A DNA stretch of 63,964 bases, counting the filler, from Acidimicrobiia bacterium (GTDB taxonomy: Bacteria; Actinomycetota; Acidimicrobiia; Spongiisociales; CAZKJJ01): the NCBI GenBank assembly GCA_046759765.1. It is 3 parts of 3 records of this genome, joined end to end, with 100 filler letters (N's around TTAATTAATTAA, not from the genome) between each part and the next. Parts side by side here need not be neighbours in the genome. Positions count along the whole stretch, not along the records: positions 27,140 to 53,923 come from JBHICV010000019.1; 2 more parts are not named here. One strand, given 5' to 3'. Both the position numbers and the translations under genes were made by a program. Numbering within the stretch: the stretch's first letter is position 1; the number at the start of each line of letters is the position of its first letter. The notes under the pieces were generated by a model that did no database searches, was not told the DNA's origin, and saw only the letters and a list, made by a program, of their open reading frames with translations. Positions 27,576 through 36,724 of the stretch are shown piece after piece.

Positions 27576-29665
27576 ACTTGTCCGACGATGAGTCGTTCAC
27601 CGTCACCGTCAACGAGATCAACCAGGCCCCGACCGTCGGCCCAATTGCCGATCAGAGCACTGATGAGGGCGTTCTCGTAAGCGTGCCGGCCAGCGCCTCG
27701 GATCCCGATACACCCGCCAACACGCTGACTTGGTCGGCGACCGGTCTGCCGTCAGGTCTGTCGATCAACCCTTCGACCGGCGAGATATCAGGAATAGTCG
27801 ACTACACAGCCGCGGCCGGCTCTCCATATTCGGTCACGATCATTGCTACCGACGACGGAACTCCCAATCTCAGCGGTCAGACTTCCTTCACGTGGACTGT
27901 CATAGACAATCTCAACCCGGTGGCCAATCCCGATATCTACAACCTCACAGAGGGCACGAGCATCACGATCTCCGCTCCTGGCGTTCTCGCCAACGATGTT
28001 GATCCGGAGAACGACCCGCTGACGGCGTCGCTCGTCGCCGCTCCGACCGAAGGGACGCTCACGCTCAGTTCCGATGGGTCGTTCACCTACGTTCACCAGG
28101 GCCCCGGTTCGACCGACGACTCCTTCATCTATCAGCTCAGCGACGGAACCGGGAACTTCTCGGTCGGCGTGGTCACTCTTGAGATTGACGAAGCGAACTT
28201 GGCACCATCACCAGCGGACGATTCGTTGACAATCAACGAGGACACGCCTATGGAGATACCCGTCACCGCCAACGACACGGATCCCAACGGTGATCCGCTC
28301 ACGGTGACGTCGGTTACCCAGCCTTCCGCGGGCGCGGCGGTCATCACGAGTACCGGAAGCGTTCGCTATGTTCCGTCGGTCGACTACTGGGGCACGACCA
28401 GCTTCACGTATACGGTGTCAGACGGCCGCGGGGGGGAGGCCACTGCCACCGTCAACGTAAATGTCCTGGCAGTGAACGACGTGCCAGTTGCGTTCGGGGA
28501 GGACTTCAACCTTACGACCTACGTAACCAGTGAATTCGGTGTCCTCTCCAATGACTGGGACCCTGACGGTGACCCACTGACCGTGGTCATCGGTGACGAA
28601 CCGGAGTTCGGTCAGGCCACTACCGACGGCAGGCTGGTTTTCTTCACTCCCCAGAGCGGATGGGTGGGAACCGTTACCTTCACCTATCTGGCGATGGATC
28701 CGAGTGGAGCTCGCGATGCTGCGACCGTATCCGTCACGGTGTCGCAGGCGGTGCTGACCGGAGCGGAGCAGCTTGCCGGCCAGCTTGGGGTGGCCGCGGT
28801 TCCCTTTGAGTCTCCGGCCCCAATCTTCGATACGACAGAGCTGGTCATGGCGCCCGCCCAGAGCATCACGCTTATCGCGGACGCCTTTTACCAGACTGTC
28901 CAGGCCCTCCGCCTTCCCCTGTCCTTCCTGGGCCTTGCGCTTTTGATGCTCATCGGCCTGGGAACCGCGACGCGGGTCCCGTTCATACTGGCTGGTGCCC
29001 GTCACCGATTCTGGGCCGTAGTTCTCCTCGATAGGGAAGAGGTCCTGCCGGCCTACTCCGAGCCGGGCGGGACAAAGCTCATCTACAACTTCGATCCAAC
29101 GATGTCCGAGATCGTCAGTACGGGCAAGCCGAGGCGGATCGGTGTTTCCCAATGGCTCCCGGTGGACACTCCCAATGGCGAGGGGTGGGTAGATCGTCAA
29201 TACCTGACCGAGCAGGTGGACCTGCATGCGTTCATGGCAGATCCACGACCGGCGGAGCTCGTCGATCGCCTGGCCAAGCAGCTGCGAACCGGCGGAGACC
29301 TCACGTCTCTCATCGCCGGCAGGGGTCTCGTAGTTGCTCTCACCGGTCCACCAACCCGGATTCCACCGGAGCGGCTGGCCGGCCTGCTGGGCGAGTCACA
29401 GCTCCGTCGCCTGCATACGGTGGCCGGGACGCTGGACGCCGAAGACGATTTCCGCGTTGCCGTCGCGGAGCCATTCCTGGAGGCATACCACGGGACGAGT
29501 GCCGTCAGCGCGGAGACTCCGCACTCACGCACGTCCCTGATCCCGACTGAACTCTGGAACTTCCCGTACCTGGCGTTGGGTGAGCAGGGCGTCCAGCCTT
29601 GGCTCGTGTTCTTCGAGTACAGACGCGGCAGGGCCTGGATCGCCGCGCTCGGAATCGACGAGTAA
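27140..29665 (+). CDS. Large repeat surface protein (Ig/cadherin-like + Big_9 repeats, TM, C-terminal SH3-like domain), 5' truncated
   Basis: ASIDPVSGVFSWTP repeats, ANDVDPEND/ANDTDPNGD repeats, LPLSFLGLALLMLIGLG TM, WLPVDTPNGEGWVDRQYL. Confidence 0.88.
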   Translation, partial: GLTFSLEGVPPAGASIDPVSGVFSWTPSEAQGPGVYPVTVRVTDDGTPSLFDEEIVSVTVNEVNVVPVLSPIGAQSGDEGTLITFTATATDADVPANGLTFSLEGVPPAGASIDPVSGVFSWTPSEAQGPGVYPVTVRVTDDGTPNLSDDESFTVTVNEINQAPTVGPIADQSTDEGVLVSVPASASDPDTPANTLTWSATGLPSGLSINPSTGEISGIVDYTAAAGSPYSVTIIATDDGTPNLSGQTSFTWTVIDNLNPVANPDIYNLTEGTSITISAPGVLANDVDPENDPLTASLVAAPTEGTLTLSSDGSFTYVHQGPGSTDDSFIYQLSDGTGNFSVGVVTLEIDEANLAPSPADDSLTINEDTPMEIPVTANDTDPNGDPLTVTSVTQPSAGAAVITSTGSVRYVPSVDYWGTTSFTYTVSDGRGGEATATVNVNVLAVNDVPVAFGEDFNLTTYVTSEFGVLSNDWDPDGDPLTVVIGDEPEFGQATTDGRLVFFTPQSGWVGTVTFTYLAMDPSGARDAATVSVTVSQAVLTGAEQLAGQLGVAAVPFESPAPIFDTTELVMAPAQSITLIADAFYQTVQALRLPLSFLGLALLMLIGLGTATRVPFILAGARHRFWAVVLLDREEVLPAYSEPGGTKLIYNFDPTMSEIVSTGKPRRIGVSQWLPVDTPNGEGWVDRQYLTEQVDLHAFMADPRPAELVDRLAKQLRTGGDLTSLIAGRGLVVALTGPPTRIPPERLAGLLGESQLRRLHTVAGTLDAEDDFRVAVAEPFLEAYHGTSAVSAETPHSRTSLIPTELWNFPYLALGEQGVQPWLVFFEYRRGRAWIAALGIDE

Positions 29666-29706
29666 CAGCCATCTTTCGTGTCAGGCTGCGCGCCTACAGT
29701 GCAGGC

Positions 29707-30138
29707 GTGGATCCCGTCGACGTTCCCGTCGAGATTCCCCTATTGGGCGATGCCCGGCGCAAGAACTGGGCGAAGGTGGTGTACGGCGTGGACGAGGACC
29801 GCTCGACGGGCTGGGCATTCGAGGGAGCGTTCATCGCCACGGGCGGCGTGCAAGATGTACCGATCGGCTCCGTCATCGTCGTATACGGCGAGAAAGGGTC
29901 CCGCGACAACCCTCAGATCGAGTCGCGGGTCTACACGGCGAATGCCGACGGGACGCTGACACATCACAAGACCGCCACCGGCCGGGCTTGGGCCCGCACT
30001 TTGAGGGACCTCGTTGTCGATCTGATGGCCAATCAGGAGGACCTGACAATGTCGCCTCTCGAGTGGAGCCCGGAGCTCTTGCGTTACTCGGATGGGGCTC
30101 TCCTCGAAGAGTTGCGCCGCCGTGGGCGGGAGATTTAG
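29707..30138 (+). CDS. Hypothetical protein
   Basis: Coding-like composition; TACAGT-6nt-GTG leaderless start. Confidence 0.7.
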   Translation: MDPVDVPVEIPLLGDARRKNWAKVVYGVDEDRSTGWAFEGAFIATGGVQDVPIGSVIVVYGEKGSRDNPQIESRVYTANADGTLTHHKTATGRAWARTLRDLVVDLMANQEDLTMSPLEWSPELLRYSDGALLEELRRRGREI

Positions 30139-30181
30139 AGACGACCGCCCTTCATCCCCGACCCACCTACAGTGGAAGAGA

Positions 30182-30529
30182 ATGCACATCGATTCATATC
30201 GCCACGGACGAATGGTCATCGACGGGCGGCCAGAGACGCGTGATCTCATCCTTCTGGGTGATGAGGTAAAGGGAAATTGGTGGAGAGCAGAGGGGCATGT
30301 TCTCTCGCCCGACGATCTCGTCACTGTCTGGGAGCATCAACCGGAGCGGTTGATCGTCGGAACTGGCAGCACAGGCCTTATGCAGCCCAGTCCGCTTCTG
30401 GCAGGCGAGCTCGCCCGCCGCGGCATCGAGCTCGAAGTCATGCCGACGGCAGACGCAGTGGAGAGGTTCAACGAGCTGTCGAAAGACCATGGCATCGACG
30501 TCGCGGCTGCGTTCCATCTGACCTGCTAG
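30182..30529 (+). CDS. Mth938-like (DUF498) protein
   Basis: IDSY..GRMVIDG, WWR.EGH, IVGTG, AAFHLTC. Confidence 0.9.
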   Translation: MHIDSYRHGRMVIDGRPETRDLILLGDEVKGNWWRAEGHVLSPDDLVTVWEHQPERLIVGTGSTGLMQPSPLLAGELARRGIELEVMPTADAVERFNELSKDHGIDVAAAFHLTC

Positions 30530-31527
30530 TGGCCACAGCCGAGCAGCTCGACGAGCCTGAACCGATCGAGCAGCGGCCACTACGGACGGTGGACCATTCC
30601 GATGTCGCTGCGGGCCCAGGGGAGGTTCTAATTGAGGTCGGAGCCTGCGCGGTATGCCGCACCGACCTCCAGATTGTCGAAGGGGATTTGCCCGCTCGGC
30701 GACTGCCGATCATTCCCGGCCACCAGGTGGTGGGGTGCATTCGAGAAGTCGGCGAAGGTGTGGCGGACCGATTCATCGGACAACGGGTCGGAGTCGGCTG
30801 GCTGGCCGGAACGTGCGGCGTGTGCGGCTTTTGCCGGACTGAGCGCGAGAACCTCTGTGAGCAGGCGACTTTCACCGGCTGGGACCGCCCCGGTGGGTAC
30901 TCCGATCTGATCACTGCCCGGGCGGACTTCACGTATCTGCTCCCGGAAACCAAGAGTGACGAAGATCTCGCCCCGTTGCTGTGCGGAGGCGTGATCGGAT
31001 ATCGAGCGCTGCGCCTGGCCGGGATTCAGGCCGGCGGTCGGCTGGGACTGTTCGGATTTGGAGCGTCAGCTCTGCTGGTGATTCAGGTAGCCACCTATTG
31101 GGACTGTGAGGTGTACGTCGCTACCCGCTCGGAAACGGAACAACAGAGAGCCCTCGACCTCGGGGCGGTGTGGGCGGGCTCGTACGAAGACGATATCCCG
31201 GCCCCTCTCGAGGCCGCGATCACGTTCGCGCCGGTCGGTGACGTGGTCATTGCCGCCCTTCGGTCGCTGGACCGAGGAGGAACCGTGGCGATCAACGCTA
31301 TCCACCTGGACCGGGTGCCCGAGTTTCCCTACGAGCTGCTTTGGTGGGAGCGACAGCTGAGAAGCGTGTCGAACTTCACGCGACGTGACGCAGAGGAGTT
31401 CCTCGCACTGGCGGATGAGATCCCGATACGAACCGTGATAGACGGGTATCCGTTGGCAGACGCCAACGAAGCTTTGGCGGAGCTGAAGCACGGCCGTGTC
31501 AATGGCGCGGCAGTTTTGTCTCCGTAG
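30529..31527 (+). CDS. Zinc-dependent alcohol dehydrogenase
   Basis: CRTD, PGHQVVG, CGVCGFC..C, LLCGG, FGFGAS. Confidence 0.92.
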   Translation: MATAEQLDEPEPIEQRPLRTVDHSDVAAGPGEVLIEVGACAVCRTDLQIVEGDLPARRLPIIPGHQVVGCIREVGEGVADRFIGQRVGVGWLAGTCGVCGFCRTERENLCEQATFTGWDRPGGYSDLITARADFTYLLPETKSDEDLAPLLCGGVIGYRALRLAGIQAGGRLGLFGFGASALLVIQVATYWDCEVYVATRSETEQQRALDLGAVWAGSYEDDIPAPLEAAITFAPVGDVVIAALRSLDRGGTVAINAIHLDRVPEFPYELLWWERQLRSVSNFTRRDAEEFLALADEIPIRTVIDGYPLADANEALAELKHGRVNGAAVLSP

Positions 31528-31530
31528 GGG

Positions 31531-32202
31531 TCAGTGGGCACCTCCGATCAGCTGCTGGGCGGCTTCCTGTATATCGCCGGCGACGAGATCGGGCGGCGGG
31601 TAGGCCGGGTTCGGGAAGACGCCCGGCCGGGTCACGAGCAACCCACGGCACCCGGCTGCCATCGCGCCGGCAACATCCCAATCGTGAGCCGCCACCATCC
31701 ACATGTCGGCCGTCGTTACGTCCAGCTCGGAAGCCGCCATCCGATAGGGCTCGGGCGCGGGTTTGAATCGGTGGACGCTGTCAACCGAGAGCGTCTTCTC
31801 GAAGAAGCGGATGAGGCCGGCGGAGGCCAGCTGGGCACCTGCGATCACGGGAGGTGAGTTTGTAAGCGCGGCCATCCGAAAGCCGGCTTCCTCCAGGGCC
31901 GAAAGCCCGGGACCGGCATCAGGGTAAGCAGGGAGGGATCGCATCACAGCTATCAGCTCGTCTGCGTCCTCGTCGGTCAGCGTTACGCCGTGTCCGGCGG
32001 CAACCATCTCGAGGGATGCCCGGCCCAGCGCCCCAAAGTCCATGTAATTGCCGGTGAGGGAAACCGTCATCGAGGCCTGCAGCAGTCGCCCGAACCACTC
32101 CCGCGTGACACTCGCATCTCCGAATAGTCGGTCGAAGACAGGAAAAAGGGCCCTTAGATCGAGAAGGGTCTGGTTGACGTCGAAGACGACGACTCGACTC
32201 AC
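31531..32202 (-). CDS. Haloacid dehalogenase type II
   Basis: FDVNQTLLD, LTNS, FKPAPEPY, AAHDWD. Confidence 0.92.
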   Translation of the reverse strand: MSRVVVFDVNQTLLDLRALFPVFDRLFGDASVTREWFGRLLQASMTVSLTGNYMDFGALGRASLEMVAAGHGVTLTDEDADELIAVMRSLPAYPDAGPGLSALEEAGFRMAALTNSPPVIAGAQLASAGLIRFFEKTLSVDSVHRFKPAPEPYRMAASELDVTTADMWMVAAHDWDVAGAMAAGCRGLLVTRPGVFPNPAYPPPDLVAGDIQEAAQQLIGGAH

Positions 32203-33971
32203 TTGCCTACCTCCGTCGGAACGTGGACGACCCGCGCCATCTGGCTCGACCGGGCGAGGTCGACGAGCGCTCGGACCAGCTCCGCGGCCTCGCTGCTTTC
32301 GCGCCGCTCCGGTAGTGGCAGCGTCTTCGGGCGGGGGAACACTGTCAGCTTGACTGTTTGGTCTACTGGAATCTCGACTAGTTCCTTGGCAAGCGCAACG
32401 GCACGTTCGAGCCCTCCCAGCTCGTCGACGAGCCCGAGCCGGTGCGCGTCGCGGCCGGACCAGATCCTCCCCTTGGCCACCTCTTCGACCACTTCGAGGT
32501 CAAGAATGCGGCCTTCTGACACCCGTGCTTTGAAATCGTCGTATACCGCGTCGAGGTAAGCATCGAACCGTTCTCGCTCTGCGGCCGTGTAACGGCGGTC
32601 GGGGCTCGAGAAGGTGGCGTTCTCGCCCAGATGGACCTCGTCCCAGGAAACTCCCAGCCGTCCCCAGGCCGATCTCGTCACGAGCTTTCCGTACACAACG
32701 CCGATCGATCCTGTGATCGTGCCCGGCTGTGACACGATCCGGTCAGCGGCAGCAGAGACCCAATAGCCGCCGCTGCCCGCCACATCCCCCATAGACACGA
32801 CAACGGGCTTGCCGGCCTCCTTGGCTCGGATCGTCTCGCGTCTCACCACCTCCGAGGCAACAGCCGACCCCCCGGGTGAGTCGACGCGGAACACGATCGC
32901 TTTGACTGCGTTGGAGTCGATCGCCTTGCGGAACGCGTCGGCTACCGCGTCGGAGCCCATCGACGAGCCCCTAGTCAGCGGATCGAACCGGGGGCTCCCT
33001 CGCTGGATGGATCCCACGCCGTATATAAGTGCGACAGATGCGCCGCGGCGGTGAGGCCGGCCAGCCCGTTTGAGATACTTGTCAAAGTAGATCAGCCGGC
33101 CGCCTTCCTCGCCCTTGGCGGCTTCGTACGCTTCATCCCGGTAGGACAGCTGGTCGACGAGCCCGGCTTCCAGGGCCTGATCAGGGAGCAGAGGCGCCTG
33201 GTCAATGAGTGCGCGAACCCGCTCCGGCCTGAGGTCCCTAGCCTCGGCAATTCCGGTGACGATGTCCTCCAGCTGCGAGTCCATGACAGCCAGCGTTGCT
33301 TCCGCATGTGGCTCGGTGTAGTGGTCCTCCGTCAATAGATACATGGCCGCCTTGTACTCGCGCCGATGGTCGAGGTCGGCTCCAATGCCGAACTTCTCGA
33401 GAAACTGCTTGAAAAAGGGGTTGCGGCTTATCAGGCCGCCTATGTTCAGCTCGCCGTTTGGCTGTAGATGGATCTCGTCGAATGCCGTGGCGAGGTAGTA
33501 CGGGATCGTGGCCAGCCCGCCCTCACCGAAAGTCTCTGCGTAGACGATGGTCCGCTTGCCGGCGTCCGAGAATCGACGCACCGCATCCCTCAGCTCCTGA
33601 GCTTGTGCGAGTCCGATGTCACCGCCGCCCACTCGGGCGACCGCGCCGACTACACGGGCATCACCCGCTCCGCGATCCAGCGCTTCGACGACGTCCCGTA
33701 GCGTCACCGCACCGGAAGCCAACGCGCGCCCGATGGGCTCGGTTGGAACCTTCTCCACAATGCCCTTGTCCAGATCGATCTCCAGGACCGTCCTGCGCGG
33801 TATGTCGCGGCGGGCCACCCGCAACACCAGGAGCGCAAGCAGACTCGCGATGACGAGTATGAGGAGCGCTAGCGGCCGGATGAGGAAGCGAACGACGATG
33901 ACCAGCAGTGTTACCACCGTCAGCCCGGCAAGTCCGTAGGCGATTTTACGGATTCGATTGAGCTGTTTCAC
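32199..33971 (-). CDS. sppA: Signal peptide peptidase SppA (67K type)
   Basis: EYKAA, RVDSPGGS, AGSGGYW, TGSIGV, KGRIWSG, GLVDELG. Confidence 0.93.
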   Translation of the reverse strand: MKQLNRIRKIAYGLAGLTVVTLLVIVVRFLIRPLALLILVIASLLALLVLRVARRDIPRRTVLEIDLDKGIVEKVPTEPIGRALASGAVTLRDVVEALDRGAGDARVVGAVARVGGGDIGLAQAQELRDAVRRFSDAGKRTIVYAETFGEGGLATIPYYLATAFDEIHLQPNGELNIGGLISRNPFFKQFLEKFGIGADLDHRREYKAAMYLLTEDHYTEPHAEATLAVMDSQLEDIVTGIAEARDLRPERVRALIDQAPLLPDQALEAGLVDQLSYRDEAYEAAKGEEGGRLIYFDKYLKRAGRPHRRGASVALIYGVGSIQRGSPRFDPLTRGSSMGSDAVADAFRKAIDSNAVKAIVFRVDSPGGSAVASEVVRRETIRAKEAGKPVVVSMGDVAGSGGYWVSAAADRIVSQPGTITGSIGVVYGKLVTRSAWGRLGVSWDEVHLGENATFSSPDRRYTAAERERFDAYLDAVYDDFKARVSEGRILDLEVVEEVAKGRIWSGRDAHRLGLVDELGGLERAVALAKELVEIPVDQTVKLTVFPRPKTLPLPERRESSEAAELVRALVDLARSSQMARVVHVPTEVGK

Positions 33972-34026
33972 CTTCCCTCCTTGAGAAGCGCCTTCGAGCC
34001 TAGATGCGGCGGCTACGGTCCTCGCC

Positions 34027-34554
34027 ATCGGCTATCGCATTCTGCTCCGAGGTCGACCTGGGATCGGCAAGACCACCATCGCGCGCCGAGTTGTCGACGA
34101 GCTCTTTCGCATCGAGGCGACTGTGACGGGTTTCTTTACCGCCGAGATCCGGCAGGCCGGCGCCAGGACCGGGTTCGAAGTCGAGGCCCTTTCAGGAGCG
34201 AGGGCCATACTGGCGCATGTGGACCTCCCCGGGCCACCACGGGTGGGTCGGTACGGAGTCGACCTCGATGCCTTCGAGCAGGTGGCGCTGCCGTCGATCT
34301 CACCGCCCTGGGACGGAGTGGTTGTCATCGACGAGCTCGGCCCCATGGAGCTCGCCTCCGACCCATTCATCTCGGCCGTCGTTGGTCTCTTCGAGGCGGA
34401 AGAGGTTCCAGTGCTGACGACCATTCACGCCAGGCGGCATCCTTTCACCGATCTGCTTATCGGACGTAACGACACCGACCTGGTCGAAGTAACTCATGAA
34501 AACCGGGACAAACTCGCCGGTTTGGTCCTCGACAGTCTGACGGCTGAAAGCTGA
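34027..34554 (+). CDS. THEP1-type nucleoside-triphosphatase; non-canonical (ATC) or damaged start
   Basis: In-frame GRPGIGKTT upstream of the track ORF; GFFTAEIR, VGRYGV, IDELGPME. Confidence 0.85.
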   Translation: MGYRILLRGRPGIGKTTIARRVVDELFRIEATVTGFFTAEIRQAGARTGFEVEALSGARAILAHVDLPGPPRVGRYGVDLDAFEQVALPSISPPWDGVVVIDELGPMELASDPFISAVVGLFEAEEVPVLTTIHARRHPFTDLLIGRNDTDLVEVTHENRDKLAGLVLDSLTAES

Positions 34555-34566
34555 CAGCTGACGGCT
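34537..34566. repeat. Heptamer tandem repeat (CTGAMRG)x4
   Basis: CTGACGG CTGAAAG CTGACAG CTGACGG spanning the NTPase stop. Confidence 0.7.
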
Positions 34567-34578
34567 TAATCTGTTCCT

Positions 34579-35619
34579 ATGGTCACCGTTGGTCTTCCGG
34601 CCGCCATGACCGGATTCATGCTGGAGCCCTTCGAGCCCGCCTACATGCGGACCTGGCGCGAGGAGGGCTTCGGAGAGCGGGTAGCCCGCGCCCAAGAAGA
34701 GCTGGCCGACTGCAAGGCCTGCCCGCGTGATTGCGGCGTCAATCGGCTGGCCGACGAGCGCTCGATCTGTCACACGGGCCGCAACCCTTACGTGGCAAGC
34801 GCTTTCCATCACTTTGGAGAGGAGGACTCGCTTCGTGGCTGGAACGGCTCAGGCACGATCTTCTTCACTTACTGCAACTTGAAGTGCGTCTTCTGTCAGA
34901 ACTGGGACATCTCCCAGGAGGAAGCGGGACGCGAGTGTTCGCCGGCGGAGATCGCCGCGATCATGCTGCAGCTTCAGGACGAGGGCTGCCACAACATCAA
35001 CTTCGTGACCCCCGAGCACGTGGCGCCCCAGCTGGTCGAGGCAATAGCAATCGCAGTTCCGGCCGGCCTGGAGTTGCCGATCATCTACAACACCTCTGCC
35101 TATGACGCCATCTCGTCGCTTCGGCTGATGGAGGGCCTAGTCGACATCTATATGCCCGACTTCAAGTTCTGGGAGCCACAAACATCACGGAGACTGGCCC
35201 GCGCGCTGGACTATCCCGAGCACGCTCGGGCAGCCATCTCCGAGATGCACCGCCAGGTGGGCGAACTCAGATTCGGTCCCGACGGCCTGGCCCGTCGCGG
35301 GCTGCTGATAAGGCACCTGGTGATGCCCGGCCAGATCGAGGAGGCTGCCGCGATCTTCGGCTGGATCGCCGAGGACCTCTCGCCCGACACCTACGTGAAC
35401 ATCATGGGTCAGTACCGGCCTGAGCACCGGGTTCCGGGCAACCAGCGGTACGAGGACATCGATCGGCATCCAATCGGCTCCGAGATGGAGGATGCATTCG
35501 CGTCGGCCCGAGCGGCGGGCCTATGGCGGTTCGATGAGTGCTGGCTGCGTCCCAGTCAGATCCGCTGGGTCTCACCGGACTGGGTTCCTGTCAATCTGAA
35601 GGTCGCTCAGCGCAACTGA
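34579..35619 (+). CDS. Radical SAM protein (PflX-like)
   Basis: CKACPRDC, HFGEE, CNLKCVFCQN, HNINFVTP, YMPDFKF, RHLVMPG. Confidence 0.92.
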   Translation: MVTVGLPAAMTGFMLEPFEPAYMRTWREEGFGERVARAQEELADCKACPRDCGVNRLADERSICHTGRNPYVASAFHHFGEEDSLRGWNGSGTIFFTYCNLKCVFCQNWDISQEEAGRECSPAEIAAIMLQLQDEGCHNINFVTPEHVAPQLVEAIAIAVPAGLELPIIYNTSAYDAISSLRLMEGLVDIYMPDFKFWEPQTSRRLARALDYPEHARAAISEMHRQVGELRFGPDGLARRGLLIRHLVMPGQIEEAAAIFGWIAEDLSPDTYVNIMGQYRPEHRVPGNQRYEDIDRHPIGSEMEDAFASARAAGLWRFDECWLRPSQIRWVSPDWVPVNLKVAQRN

Positions 35620-35632
35620 GATTGACACGAAC
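35584..35632. repeat. 49-bp REP-like element, subfamily B (overlaps radical SAM stop)
   Basis: GTTCCTGTCAATC..GATTGACACGAAC. Confidence 0.9.
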
Positions 35633-35637
35633 CGGAC

Positions 35638-36657
35638 CTAGGCCGCCAGCTCCTTCTCCATATCGGGCGTGTAGCTGCCCGACCGTGCCAGCCCGTTCAT
35701 CTTGGCCCGGTGATAGAAAGCCCGCTGGGCGGCCTCGAGCTGATCCTCGCGGCCCGCCCAGGCGCGGAGAGCGGACTGCTGCAGTGCCCGCCCGTAGGAG
35801 AAGCTGAGTTCCCACGGCTGCGGTCCCAGACGGTTCATGGCGTTCAAGTTGGCGGTCGCCTCCTCCTCGGATTGCCCTCCCGACAAGAACGCGATCCCCG
35901 GCACGGCTGCCGGAACCACCTCGTGGAAACAGTCGATCGTCATCTCCGCGATGTTCTCCGCCGAGGCTGGTTGAGGAGACTTCTTTCCCGGTATGACCAT
36001 GTTTGGCTTAAGAACCATTTCGTCGAAGCCGACTCCTGCGGTGGCCAGCTCGGAGAACACGGTCCTGAGCGTCCAATGCGTGACCTCGTAGCAGCGCTCG
36101 ATCCCGTGTGCTCCGTCCATCAGCACCTCGGGCTCGACGATCGGAACGATCGATTGCTCCTGACAGAGAGCCGCATACCTTGCTAGAGCATGTGCATTGG
36201 CCCGAACCGCGTTGGTGGTCGGGATTCCATCCGCGATGTCGATCACTGCCCGCCACTTGGCGAAGAGCGCTCCTAGCTCGCGGTATTCGGTGAGACGTCC
36301 ACGAAGGCCGTCGAGGCCCTCGGTGACGACCTCACCCGGCGAACCCGGGAGCGGATGGGCTCGGGTATCGACCTTGATACCGGGGATGATCCCTTTCCGG
36401 CTCAGTATCTCCGGGAACGGGGTGCCGTCTGCCGTAGCTTGGCGGATTGTCTCATCGAACATGATCACGCCGGAGATGAACTTCTCGGCGCCGTCAGTCG
36501 TGAAGAGGAGTCCGCGGTAGGTCCTGCGGTTCTCCTCCGTGGACTCAACGTTGATCGAATCGAGACGCTTTTTGATCGTGCCGCTGCTCTCGTCGGCTGC
36601 CAGGATTCCCTTGCCCGGAGCGACCATCGCACGGGCGGTTTCCCGCATCGCTGTCAT
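35638..36657 (-). CDS. Class I fructose-bisphosphate aldolase
   Basis: GKGILAADES, GIKVD, FAKWR, VPIVEPE, LKPNM, FLSGGQ, FSYGRALQ. Confidence 0.96.
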   Translation of the reverse strand: MTAMRETARAMVAPGKGILAADESSGTIKKRLDSINVESTEENRRTYRGLLFTTDGAEKFISGVIMFDETIRQATADGTPFPEILSRKGIIPGIKVDTRAHPLPGSPGEVVTEGLDGLRGRLTEYRELGALFAKWRAVIDIADGIPTTNAVRANAHALARYAALCQEQSIVPIVEPEVLMDGAHGIERCYEVTHWTLRTVFSELATAGVGFDEMVLKPNMVIPGKKSPQPASAENIAEMTIDCFHEVVPAAVPGIAFLSGGQSEEEATANLNAMNRLGPQPWELSFSYGRALQQSALRAWAGREDQLEAAQRAFYHRAKMNGLARSGSYTPDMEKELAA

Positions 36658-36724
36658 CTCTCCTCCACCTCACCGGGAAGATTACTGGTCGGATGCCATT
36701 GCTCTCCCACCGAAGCGATTGTCT

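Noticed and set aside
29674..29684. Half copy of a subfamily B end (TTTCGTGTCAG)
   Set aside because: No matching right arm 49 bp away.
31895..31910. DosR-like AGGGCCGAAAGCCCGG
   Set aside because: Inside the HAD coding sequence, not at a promoter.
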